Below the pieces are notes generated by a model. The model ran no database searches and had not been told where the DNA came from. It was given only the letters and a program-made list of their open reading frames with translations. Of a stretch of DNA of 57,060 nucleotides, positions 8,515 through 18,068 are shown in pieces. The position numbers and the translations under genes are program-made. Source of the DNA: Candidatus Hodarchaeota archaeon (lineage in GTDB: Archaea > Asgardarchaeota > Heimdallarchaeia > Hodarchaeales > Hodarchaeaceae); assembly GCA_048887065.1 (NCBI GenBank), contig JBHLKC010000002.1, positions 1 through 57,060 of the forward strand, read 5' to 3'. How positions within the stretch are numbered: the stretch's first letter is position 1; every line of letters begins with the position of its first letter.

Positions 8515-11484
8515 GTGAGAGGAGGAATAAGTCAAGTGAGTGAACTTAAGCCTCTCTTTTCACCAGTAGAGGCCAAGCTTGATTGGCAAGCAATGGAGAT
8601 ATCGATCTATAAGTTTTGGAATGAACAACAAGTATTTGCAAAGCTTAAAACTAAACTCAACAAAATAGATACCAAATTTTCCTTTATTGATGGTCCGATA
8701 ACGGCAAATAACCCCATGGGGGTACACCATGCCCGTGGTAGAGCTTTAAAGGATATTTTCCAGCGGTACATGGCTATGCGCGGATTTAATCAACGATTTC
8801 AAAATGGATTCGATACTCAAGGTTTATGGGTTGAGGTTGAGGTAGAAAAAGCTCTTGATCTAAATTCCAAACTTGAGATCATAGACATGGGATTAGCAAC
8901 ATTTGTAAATCATTGTAAAGAGCGAATAGGGAAATATTCCAAATTGATAACACAGCAGTCTCAAAGACTTGGTCAACAGATGGATTGGGATAACAGTTAC
9001 TATACCCATTCAGATAATAATATCGAGTACATCTGGTATTTTCTCAAAGCTTGTCATGACAAGGGTTGGCTTTATCAATCACAACTTGTAATGCCTTGGT
9101 GTCCTCGTTGTTCAACAAGTCTTTCAGCACATGAAATGGCTGATTCTTACCGCGTTCTTGAACATCCTTCAGTTTTTTTACAACTACCAGTCGTAGGTTT
9201 CTCTAGATATTTCCTTGTTTGGACAACAACTCCTTGGACATTAACCGCAAATACCGCCTTAGCTGTACATCCAGATTTAACTTATTTATTGGTAGAGCAA
9301 GACAAAAAGGAATATTACATAGCTGAAGACGCTGTACAAGTCTTAGATAATGATTTCAGGATCCTTTCAAGATCTAAGGGAAGTGAATTACTGAATTTAT
9401 CCTATATTACGCCATTTTGTGAGTTAAAAATACAAAAAAGTGTCAACCATAAAATAGTCCCTTGGAGGGAAGTATCTGCGGATGAAGGAACTGGGATTGT
9501 ACATATAGCTCCTGGATGTGGAGCTGAAGACTTTGATCTAGGAAAAGAATTCAATTTAAGTGTAATAGCACCTATAGACGAACAGGGAAGACTAGTTGAG
9601 GGTCTTGGCAATTTTACTGGCTTAAGTACCAAAGAAGTCGAATCCCAAGTATTTTCAGCTCTTAAAAAAAAGGGATTCGTGTATAAAATTGAAACAATTA
9701 AGCATAGATATCCTATGTGCTGGCGTTGTAAAACTGAATTGGTTTTCAAGTTAGAAAATGAATGGTTCATATCCTGCGAAGAAATAAGGCTATTGTTGAT
9801 GGAAGCTAATAAAACTGTCAAGTGGATTCCCGAACACGCTGGTAAACGAATGTACGACTGGTTAAGAAATATGGGTGACTGGTGTATTTCACGTAAACGT
9901 TTTTGGGGTTTACCTCTACCATTTTACCCATGTAATTGTGGTGAGGTGACAGTCATAGGTAGCCTAAAAGGATTATATCAACTTGCTACTGATAGTAATA
10001 AAGCGAAAACACTACCTGAATTACATCGACCTTGGATCGATTCGGTTAAAATTACTTGTCCTAAATGTAATAATCAGGTCAGTCGTATCTCCGAGGTTGG
10101 AGATTGTTGGTTAGATGCAGGAATAGTACCTTTTTCGACACTTAGATACCTCGAGGATAGAGAATACTGGAAAAAATGGTTTCCAGCAGATCTTGTATGT
10201 GAAATGATTGAGCAAACTCGTTTGTGGTTCTATTCGCAACTTTTCATGTCTGTAACATTGGAAGGACAAGCACCTTTCAAATCAGTGGTTGTTTATGAGG
10301 AAGTACGAAATGAGGATGGTTCTCCAATGTCAAAATCAGGAAAGATGCTAACGTTTGAAGATGCTATAAAAACTAGCAGTGCTGACATTTTACGATGGAG
10401 TTATGCAAAACAAAGTCCAGACGCACTTCTTCGTCTCGGTAAAAATGTTACCGCAGATGTGTCAAGAAAATTTGTACCTTTCTGGAACGCAGTACGGTTT
10501 TTCCTAAATTTTGCTGCATTAGATGTCACAGATCCTTCTCAACTTGTTCAATCTTCAAGTAATATATTTGATCAATGGATTTTAGCTAGATTAAGTAAGC
10601 TAGTTACAGAGTATACTAAAAGCTTTGATGAATGGGACATAAGAAAACCAACCATTCTTTTAGAGGACTTCTTCGACGATTTGACTAATTGGTATATTCG
10701 CGGCTCCCGAAGACGTTTCTGGAAAGAAGCCAATAGTGTGGATAAAAATTCAGCATATTCGACACTCTATCATATACTATTGAATGTCAGCTTTCTGTTA
10801 GCTCCATATATGCCCTTTTTAGCTGAATATATTTATCAGCAATTAAAACACCCATTAGCTGATAATTTACCTGAAAGCGTTCACCTAGATTTTGTTTCCA
10901 TAAATCAAAATTGCAATTTTAGTATGCTAGCTGAATTTAAAAACTACCAGAAATTAGTGGAGTTAGGTAGATCATTAAGAAATCGAGCTAGAATAAAATT
11001 ACGCCAACCACTGTCAGTAGCCATGATTTCTGGTAATTTAGCTTTTTCTTCAAATACGGTACGTAATCAATTCTATGAATCACTAAAAGAAGAATTAAAT
11101 GTTAAAGAATTAAGATTTATCAATGAATTCTCAAGTGAAGAAGTGAATGATCAGAGATATCTTAGTGCAAAATCAAAAAATGAAAATTTAAAAGTGGTTT
11201 TAGACACAAAAATCACTCAGAGTTTGAGACAAGAGGGTTTAGCCAAAGATATCGTTAGAGCGATTCAACAACTCCGAAAAGAAGCAGACTTGGAATGGGA
11301 CCGTCAAATAATTATCAAATATGAAACTACAGCTGAGGAAGTCTTAGAAAGCTTGAGAAATTTTAGGGATTATGTAAAGAACGAAACTTTATGTGTTGAA
11401 ATTAGTTTGGATCACCTTAGAACTGGAAAAGACTTCTTCATTAATGAGTCACAAGTGAAACTAGCAATTGATGTAGTTCCCTAA
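8515..11484 (+). CDS. ileS: Isoleucyl-tRNA synthetase
   Basis: TTTPWTLTANTALAVHP and GTGIVHIAPGCGAEDF (CP1 editing domain), WCISRKRFWG, NWYIRGSRRRFW (IleRS-specific), and CxxC zinc motifs. The likely true start is the GTG at 8536, 8 nt after GGAGG. The HIGH and KMSKS motifs are atypical (see findings). Confidence 0.85.
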   Translation: MRGGISQVSELKPLFSPVEAKLDWQAMEISIYKFWNEQQVFAKLKTKLNKIDTKFSFIDGPITANNPMGVHHARGRALKDIFQRYMAMRGFNQRFQNGFDTQGLWVEVEVEKALDLNSKLEIIDMGLATFVNHCKERIGKYSKLITQQSQRLGQQMDWDNSYYTHSDNNIEYIWYFLKACHDKGWLYQSQLVMPWCPRCSTSLSAHEMADSYRVLEHPSVFLQLPVVGFSRYFLVWTTTPWTLTANTALAVHPDLTYLLVEQDKKEYYIAEDAVQVLDNDFRILSRSKGSELLNLSYITPFCELKIQKSVNHKIVPWREVSADEGTGIVHIAPGCGAEDFDLGKEFNLSVIAPIDEQGRLVEGLGNFTGLSTKEVESQVFSALKKKGFVYKIETIKHRYPMCWRCKTELVFKLENEWFISCEEIRLLLMEANKTVKWIPEHAGKRMYDWLRNMGDWCISRKRFWGLPLPFYPCNCGEVTVIGSLKGLYQLATDSNKAKTLPELHRPWIDSVKITCPKCNNQVSRISEVGDCWLDAGIVPFSTLRYLEDREYWKKWFPADLVCEMIEQTRLWFYSQLFMSVTLEGQAPFKSVVVYEEVRNEDGSPMSKSGKMLTFEDAIKTSSADILRWSYAKQSPDALLRLGKNVTADVSRKFVPFWNAVRFFLNFAALDVTDPSQLVQSSSNIFDQWILARLSKLVTEYTKSFDEWDIRKPTILLEDFFDDLTNWYIRGSRRRFWKEANSVDKNSAYSTLYHILLNVSFLLAPYMPFLAEYIYQQLKHPLADNLPESVHLDFVSINQNCNFSMLAEFKNYQKLVELGRSLRNRARIKLRQPLSVAMISGNLAFSSNTVRNQFYESLKEELNVKELRFINEFSSEEVNDQRYLSAKSKNENLKVVLDTKITQSLRQEGLAKDIVRAIQQLRKEADLEWDRQIIIKYETTAEEVLESLRNFRDYVKNETLCVEISLDHLRTGKDFFINESQVKLAIDVVP

Positions 11485-11540
11485 AAATATGGACCTATAT
11501 TTTCATGTATGATGGTCAATTACTCTCTAATAGGAGATAA

Positions 11541-11984
11541 TTGATTCTCTCCATGTATTTCATACTCTCAATGATTTTTTTGTCATTTTATTTCATAATA
11601 CTTAAAAATCATGATATTAGGAACTTTCCTCTAAATTCTATTAAAGTTAAAGGAATTGAAATGTCTCGTTCAAGAAGTAGAACTAGAACTGCGCCTCTAT
11701 TAGATAGATGTATAGCATATTTAATTGATGGATTCCTAACTGGGTGTGGTTTAGGATTAATTCTCTACCCCTGTTGGAAAGATGGTATAAGAGGCGGCCG
11801 CTCATTTGGAAAGGGCCTCATGGGTCTTCGTGTGGTAAAACATGGCACTAGAAGAGGTGCGACAGTGACTGATTCCTGCATACGAAATTGTTGTAATCTA
11901 TGTGTCTGCCTTTTGTGTGTTACAAGCGAACGGAGGCACGTCGGGGATTATATTGGAGGCACAGTAGTAATTAAAGACCACTAA
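11541..11984 (+). CDS. Cysteine-rich RDD-family membrane protein
   Basis: RCIAYLIDGF...GKGLMGLRVV...RRHVGDYIGGTVVIKD fits the RDD pattern. The ATG at 11661 is a plausible alternative start. Paralog of the 14346-14885 gene. Confidence 0.6.
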   Translation: MILSMYFILSMIFLSFYFIILKNHDIRNFPLNSIKVKGIEMSRSRSRTRTAPLLDRCIAYLIDGFLTGCGLGLILYPCWKDGIRGGRSFGKGLMGLRVVKHGTRRGATVTDSCIRNCCNLCVCLLCVTSERRHVGDYIGGTVVIKDH

Positions 11985-12137
11985 TGTCCCCAAGAGGTTG
12001 GATTCGGTATATAATAGAGTTTTTGGCATTATTTCATAGCACACTACTCAGAAAATGAGGGGAGGCATTTCAGATCTTTTACTTCAATTTATCTTAATAT
12101 TCTAGAATAAATAAAAATAAATATGAAATAACGACGT

Positions 12138-12731
12138 TTATTCTTCTAGTTGGTCAGGTGGTAGTGCAAAAGGATCCTTGATCCCTCCCTGTATAACTTG
12201 TCTCATGAAGATGCTTTCCCGATCGGTATATACTTGATATCCACTGCAAAATGGAATATTATGACGTTCTTGACACGTAGAACAAATTTCATTGTTTTTC
12301 TTTACTCTTCTCTTGTTTAAGTAAATGTAACCAGGGATGAGGTTCAATAAGATCCATCCTTTAATAATCCAATTGGGTGTAAAAATCAAGAGAAGAAAAG
12401 CTAATGTAAATGAAGTTCCAAGTAAAAAACGAGCTAAATCCTTTAGGAATCGGGAATTTATGATAAAAGCTGTGAAAAAAGTTGGAATTATCAAAATATA
12501 AAGAATTAAACCCACCTGAATTTCAGTAAAACCCTGCCATAACCCGATTATGGATCCTATACATATTATAAAAAATGAAATTATCATTCCTGAGTACTGC
12601 ATAAAACACCCTCTACATATTTTCCTCCCCTGAATCATGTAGATATGGTTTTCAAAATTCAAGCAAAGTGGGTGATGCGAAATACGATATGGGCCTAATA
12701 TTCGTTGAAGCAGAGATCTTTGAGTTTGCAT
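12138..12731 (-). CDS. Polytopic membrane protein with Cys motifs (DUF2085-like)
   Basis: N-terminal HHPLC...RKICRGCFMQYSG, about four hydrophobic helices, then C-terminal CSTCQERHNIPFC. The start is 10 nt after the stop of the TPR gene. Confidence 0.55.
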   Translation of the reverse strand: MQTQRSLLQRILGPYRISHHPLCLNFENHIYMIQGRKICRGCFMQYSGMIISFFIICIGSIIGLWQGFTEIQVGLILYILIIPTFFTAFIINSRFLKDLARFLLGTSFTLAFLLLIFTPNWIIKGWILLNLIPGYIYLNKRRVKKNNEICSTCQERHNIPFCSGYQVYTDRESIFMRQVIQGGIKDPFALPPDQLEE

Positions 12732-12741
12732 GTGGATTAAC

Positions 12742-14271
12742 TCAATTTTCTGATTTCATCAATGTTTGAAGCTGTTTTAAGAAGTTAATATGTTGACATT
12801 CAAGTTTTTTTCGCAAATTCTGACTTAAATTAGGATTTTTTAGAAATGAAACAGGAAATTTCTGAAATGGAACTTTATTGTTATAATTTTGATTCCAATA
12901 TTGAAGTCCTTCATCTGTCTCTTCGTTTAAATGGTACAAAAGAGATATTTCATAGTGATACTGATTCAAAGTCATATAATCTTTTTTGGGGCATATTGAA
13001 ATAAAGAAATCCTTTATGATTTGAATAGCATATGTGTATTCTTCGATCTGAATTAATTCATCACGATAATTGCTTGTTAAAGTGATAAGCTCTTCCTGAT
13101 TCTTTCTTTTCTTAAAATACCTCGTTGCTTTTACTAGAAAATCCCACGCTTTAGGAATATCCCTCATTTTAAGATACATTAGTCCAAGGTTACCTTGGGT
13201 TGAAGCAATGCTACCAGAATCCTTGGGTTCTATTTCGTTCAAAACTTGAAGGAGTTGTTGAAAAATCTTTCGAGCTTCTTCAAATTCTGTTTTGTCGATC
13301 GATATTCTTGCTAGATAGTCTAATGCGAGCGCGACACCTCGTAAAGTTCGAATTGGTAACTGTAATACTTTTTCAAAGGTTATTTTTGCTAGATTTAATT
13401 CTTTTTGATATAAGTAACATTCTCCTAGTTCTAAATATATATCTTCAGGAGTTTCATCAGGATTTAAGTCGGCCAACTTATTATAAGTTTCAATTGCAGT
13501 TTCCATCAATTCTTTTGCTCTTGCAGCACGAGCATACGCAGTAAGTGCTAATCGTTGGCCAATTATATTATTCTGATTTTCATACAAACTAATTGCTTTA
13601 GAGCTATAATTTTGAGTCAAGGAATATTCTCTACGAAGTAAATGGGTCTCCGCTAAATTAAGATATGTGGCTGCGAGATTTGGTTCATCTCCAACAAGTT
13701 CAAATATCTCTTTGGCTTTTCTAAAATTATCAAAAGCCTTATCAACCTCTCCATTTTGGTAGTAAAGGCTTCCAATGTTCAAATTACTCAACGCAATTGC
13801 TTTTTCATTCCCAAGTTTTTTTGCAAGCTCAAGAGCTTTAGTATGGTACTTATGAGCCTTTTTGAATTGTTCTAGAAGAACATAAACGTTTCCAAGGTTA
13901 TGATAAATCTTTGAAATCCCCTCTTTATCATTTGTTGATTTGAATGACTGTTCAGCTTTCTGATAATGGTCTATTGCTTCGTCATATCTTTGATAAATGC
14001 GATATATTTTGCCTAATAGATTTTCAGTATTACCTGACAATACCGGATGATCTGGGTGAGTCATTGGTAGAATCTCTTCAGCTAACTTTTTTGCTTGTTT
14101 AAAGTCTCTGATTTCGTAGTAAGCTTCAGCAAGATATAGCTTCAACTGTAATTGAGTTTCCTTAGAATTAATCTTCGGGATTGTTTTTTCAATCAGAATT
14201 ATAAGGTCATTATACCTACCTTGACGTGTGTATTTCTCTATATGCTTTTCAATTGAAGAAATATCTTCCAT
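12742..14271 (-). CDS. Tetratricopeptide-repeat (TPR) protein
   Basis: Repeated 34-aa A..Y....G..Y......A...Y..AL patterns run through the protein. I prefer the ATG at 14271 over the TTG at 14289. Confidence 0.8.
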   Translation of the reverse strand: MEDISSIEKHIEKYTRQGRYNDLIILIEKTIPKINSKETQLQLKLYLAEAYYEIRDFKQAKKLAEEILPMTHPDHPVLSGNTENLLGKIYRIYQRYDEAIDHYQKAEQSFKSTNDKEGISKIYHNLGNVYVLLEQFKKAHKYHTKALELAKKLGNEKAIALSNLNIGSLYYQNGEVDKAFDNFRKAKEIFELVGDEPNLAATYLNLAETHLLRREYSLTQNYSSKAISLYENQNNIIGQRLALTAYARAARAKELMETAIETYNKLADLNPDETPEDIYLELGECYLYQKELNLAKITFEKVLQLPIRTLRGVALALDYLARISIDKTEFEEARKIFQQLLQVLNEIEPKDSGSIASTQGNLGLMYLKMRDIPKAWDFLVKATRYFKKRKNQEELITLTSNYRDELIQIEEYTYAIQIIKDFFISICPKKDYMTLNQYHYEISLLYHLNEETDEGLQYWNQNYNNKVPFQKFPVSFLKNPNLSQNLRKKLECQHINFLKQLQTLMKSEN

Positions 14272-14345
14272 TAAAAAACCCTTTAACAAGAGAATAAGAC
14301 AGTCTTACTTAAATTAGGTTAAAAAATGCTAATTTGAGCTTAGAG

Positions 14346-14885
14346 TTACATATCTTTGATAACAATCGTCCCTGCGATTTGATCTCCTATACGTCGACCA
14401 TCATCATCAATCAAAGCGACCAAATAGCAACAACAACCGTCTAACCACCCGCACAAGCAATTTCGGACGAATGATTGACCATATGTCGCGGGTAACCCTG
14501 TATTGAAGTCAACAACCCTCATATTAAAGAGTCCTTTCCCGATAGATTGACCCTCACGAATACCATCTTTTAAACATGAATAAAACACGCCTATACAGAC
14601 ATAACTGAGTAAACCACTAATAAAATCGTCAATTAACAAAGCAATGCATCTTTCACCAATATCTGCTTTCATACTGGGATGATAAGGTCTGGGTTGATAG
14701 ATTGGACGATAAGTTACAGGGGGTCGGTATCCTGGTTCATAAGAGGGTTCTGTTGGAGTAGTTTCCCAACTAACAGCTCTTTTAGGTGGCTCACTTACTC
14801 TTTCGGGAAGTTTCTTTCCACAGCTAAGACAATATATAGAATCTTCTTCTACTTCTGAACCACAGAATGGACAAAATTTTGCCAA
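14346..14885 (-). CDS. Zinc-ribbon plus Pro/Tyr-rich linker plus Cys-rich RDD-domain protein
   Basis: CPFCGSEV...CLSCGKKL zinc ribbon, a PxY-rich linker, then RCIALLIDDF...GKGLFNMRVV...GRRIGDQIAGTIVIKD. Confidence 0.7.
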   Translation of the reverse strand: MAKFCPFCGSEVEEDSIYCLSCGKKLPERVSEPPKRAVSWETTPTEPSYEPGYRPPVTYRPIYQPRPYHPSMKADIGERCIALLIDDFISGLLSYVCIGVFYSCLKDGIREGQSIGKGLFNMRVVDFNTGLPATYGQSFVRNCLCGWLDGCCCYLVALIDDDGRRIGDQIAGTIVIKDM

Positions 14886-15073
14886 TGTTCTCTCATCTCT
14901 TATAGATTGATATAAGAATTAAGGTTCTATCCCGTTTTTTAAGCCTTTGCTATAAGGCGCGGGAACTCGCTTCAGTTATGAATTCTAATCCAAACTTAAG
15001 AATTATCAGTTTTAATCATCAAATCAAAAAGATTGATTTAGGAATTTATAAATCTCTTCTGTGAGGGCTTAAT

Positions 15074-15847
15074 TTGAATGATGATATTAAAATTGAGAAA
15101 GCAGCTAGATTAATCAAATCCTCAAATTATATAGTCGCTTTCACGGGGGCTGGTATTAGTACTGAATCAGGGATCCCTGATTTTCGCAGTCCAGGAGGAT
15201 TGTGGGAAAAATACAACCCCAATGAATATGCAGATTATGCAGCGTTTCTTACCCATCCTGAGAAATATTGGACAATGCACAAAGAATTAAGTCATATCGT
15301 CCTTTCAGCTGAACCTAATCCAGCTCATATAGCATTAGCTGATCTTGAACTTAAACACGGGAAATTGAAAACAGTTATCACCCAGAATGTAGATTTCCTT
15401 CATTCTCGTGCTGGAAATACCAACGTTCTTGAACTTCATGGTTCTGGTCAAACAGCTCGCTGTTTAGGATGTAACGAGGAATTTCATTATACAATAATTC
15501 AAGACATGTTAGAAAAAGGGGTGTTAGTGCCTAGATGTCAAGAATGTAATGGTTTGATCAAAACAAATACAATTCTTTTTGGTGAACCGCTTCCAAGTGG
15601 TATTATAGAACAAGCTAGTGATGAAATAATTGTTGCTGATTTGTTAATGGTCATTGGTAGTAGTTTACTGGTATATCCTGCTGCTTCTCTTCCAACTTTA
15701 GCTATAAAAACTGGTACACGTTTGATAATAATCAACATGGAACCTACAATGATGGATGGCTATGCAGACGTGGTTATACATAATAAAGCAGGCAGAGCAT
15801 TACCCCGAGTTTATTCCTTATTTGAGGAACTTAGTAAAAACGATTGA
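15074..15847 (+). CDS. cobB: NAD-dependent protein deacylase (Sir2 family)
   Basis: GAGISTESGIPDFRSPGGLW, TQNVDFLH, the CLGC...CQEC zinc site, and GSSLLVYPA. Confidence 0.85.
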   Translation: MNDDIKIEKAARLIKSSNYIVAFTGAGISTESGIPDFRSPGGLWEKYNPNEYADYAAFLTHPEKYWTMHKELSHIVLSAEPNPAHIALADLELKHGKLKTVITQNVDFLHSRAGNTNVLELHGSGQTARCLGCNEEFHYTIIQDMLEKGVLVPRCQECNGLIKTNTILFGEPLPSGIIEQASDEIIVADLLMVIGSSLLVYPAASLPTLAIKTGTRLIIINMEPTMMDGYADVVIHNKAGRALPRVYSLFEELSKND

Positions 15848-15869
15848 GGAACAGTAAAATATATTAATT

Positions 15870-16385
15870 TCAAAAATTACTCCGGAATTTTATTTCTTTC
15901 TTACTATGAACTTGTGCTTTTTGCATTAGGAGGGCATGTTCTTTCCTGGAGTAATAATCTTTTAGATGCATTTTATATTCATATCCGTGATTTTTATAGA
16001 AAGAAATAGCTTTTTCATTTTGGTAATGAACGTGCAATTCAATAGAATCCACTCCATAAATAGTGAACTGTTTTTCAATAGATGTCAATAATCGATGACC
16101 AATATTTTTCCTTTGAAAAGTAGGATCTACTTGAATAGTAATAATTCGGCCAAGTTTTTCATGAATGTAATCAATTTCCCCTATTATGAACCCAACTATT
16201 GATTCTTTAAATTGGGCAGTTAATGCCATGTTTTCTAGGGAGGTTTTAATAAGTGACAATAGAATTGAGGGCCCATAACGAAAATTTGAGGGAAAGCAAG
16301 CAGTTTCTATTTCATTAAATCTATCTATGTCTTCTAAAACACTTGCTCTGATGTGAATATCCAAGTTATTATTTTCTATTGTCAC
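15870..16385 (-). CDS. GNAT N-acetyltransferase (RimI/Ard1-like)
   Basis: IQVDPTFQRKNIGHRLL acetyl-CoA motif A and a FYKNHGY motif B region. Confidence 0.8.
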   Translation of the reverse strand: MTIENNNLDIHIRASVLEDIDRFNEIETACFPSNFRYGPSILLSLIKTSLENMALTAQFKESIVGFIIGEIDYIHEKLGRIITIQVDPTFQRKNIGHRLLTSIEKQFTIYGVDSIELHVHYQNEKAISFYKNHGYEYKMHLKDYYSRKEHALLMQKAQVHSKKEIKFRSNF

Positions 16386-16606
16386 AATGGGCCTCCAATG
16401 ACGAACTATTGCTAGTGAATCATAAAAAAATAATTAATAAGATATTTATTGATACAAATTTCAAAAAAATCCTATCTGATCTAAGAATAAAAAATTATTA
16501 ACTCAAGGTTCCATAGTTTGAAATGGATTCTAGAACACAAAAATGCAATATCAGCAATTTTCAATAAAAAATATTGATTTAATTTACTCTTTGGAGACAT
16601 TCTAAA

Positions 16607-17128
16607 TTGGTTACTCATAAACTTGCCACATTAGCTTATCTTGTGCATAATCACGAAGTACTTCTTCTTTTGCGAAATAAAAAGGATAATGATTTTCATA
16701 GGGGGAAGTATATAGGCATTGGAGGGAGGGTAGAGCCAGGGGAGACTCCTCTTGAATGTGTGATTCGAGAACTTACAGAAGAAACAGGTTATATTCTAAA
16801 ACCAGAAGAAATTGAGTTTAGAGGATATATCTACTTTGATAAAATTGGTCGTGATAAAGACTCAGAAGATTTACCAGCTTTTAATTGGCTTGTTTTTCTT
16901 TATTATGTGTCTATAAAGAAGAAAACCGCTTTCAAAAACCCTGAAGGTGAATTGAAATGGTTTTCTTTTGATAACATTCCTTATGAAAATATGTGGGCAG
17001 GAGACAAGATTTTTACCCCCAAGATGTTGAATACCAATGATATTATCGAAGCTAAGTTCCTTTATGATAATAACGACCAAATTTTTGATTGGAATTTCGG
17101 GAGAGAAACTAAGGGCTTGAATTATTAA
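16607..17128 (+). CDS. NUDIX hydrolase (MutT-like)
   Basis: Nudix box GIGGRVEPGETPLECVIRELTEETGY. TTG start. Confidence 0.8.
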   Translation: MVTHKLATLAYLVHNHEVLLLLRNKKDNDFHRGKYIGIGGRVEPGETPLECVIRELTEETGYILKPEEIEFRGYIYFDKIGRDKDSEDLPAFNWLVFLYYVSIKKKTAFKNPEGELKWFSFDNIPYENMWAGDKIFTPKMLNTNDIIEAKFLYDNNDQIFDWNFGRETKGLNY

Positions 17129-17199
17129 ATATCCATAAATAGAAAAAATAAATCATATTGATTCATATTCGCTCTTTTTAATATCTGTTTAATAGTAAT

Positions 17200-18042
17200 T
17201 TGAAGGTTTGTACAATGCCAAGGTCTCGACTATTTATTTGGTTACTCAAGAAAGGTTTTCCATTAAGGACAGTCTTTTCCAGGTTCACAAAAGTGCCAAT
17301 CCTTGGAAAAATTATGGATTATCTGTTGTTTCATAATGATGAGATTATTTACCTGCCAAAAGATAATGTAGCATCCTTTAAGATCAATATAGATCAACCT
17401 ATAAAACAGCATGGGGATATGGTGGTGCCTTCTAGAGTGCTAGAACATTTCATTGAAGAAGCAAATTATCATTGGATAATGAACTGGTGCATATGTCGAT
17501 CTTCTTCTTCTTGTGAACATTATCCGATAGATCTTGGGTGTTTATTTCTTGGAGAAGCTGCTATGAAAATTGATCCCAAGCTTGGCAGGAAAGTGACCAA
17601 AAAGGAATCATTTGAGCACGCTAAGAAGTGTCGTGAAGCTGGTTTAGTACACCTAATTGGCAGAAATAAATTAGACACATTTTGGCTTAAAGTAGGGCCT
17701 GGCGATAAGCTTCTCACGATTTGTAATTGTTGTGATTGTTGTTGTTTGTGGCGAATTCTGCCATTTGTCTCTAATAAAATCGCTTCAAAAGTAACAAAAA
17801 TGCCTGGTGTTAATGTTACTGTTAGTAAAGAAAAATGTATTGGTTGTGGCACCTGTATTAAAGCTTGTTTTGTCAAGGCTATAGAAATAATAGATAATAA
17901 GTCAATAATTAGCGATGAATGCCGAGGGTGTGGACGATGTGTCGAGGTCTGTCCACAGAACGCTGTAGATCTTACAATTGAGGATATAGAGTGTTTAAAT
18001 AAGACAATCGAAAGAGTTGAATCATTAGTAGAAGTTACTTAA
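17200..18042 (+). CDS. Cys-rich protein with a C-terminal 2x[4Fe-4S] ferredoxin domain
   Basis: CIGCGTCIKAC and CRGCGRCVEVCP cluster motifs, plus the upstream Cys-rich blocks WCICRSSSSC and CNCCDCCC. An alternative ATG start lies at 17215. Confidence 0.65.
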   Translation: MKVCTMPRSRLFIWLLKKGFPLRTVFSRFTKVPILGKIMDYLLFHNDEIIYLPKDNVASFKINIDQPIKQHGDMVVPSRVLEHFIEEANYHWIMNWCICRSSSSCEHYPIDLGCLFLGEAAMKIDPKLGRKVTKKESFEHAKKCREAGLVHLIGRNKLDTFWLKVGPGDKLLTICNCCDCCCLWRILPFVSNKIASKVTKMPGVNVTVSKEKCIGCGTCIKACFVKAIEIIDNKSIISDECRGCGRCVEVCPQNAVDLTIEDIECLNKTIERVESLVEVT

Positions 18043-18068
18043 TCAATAGAATTATGAAAAATCAGATA

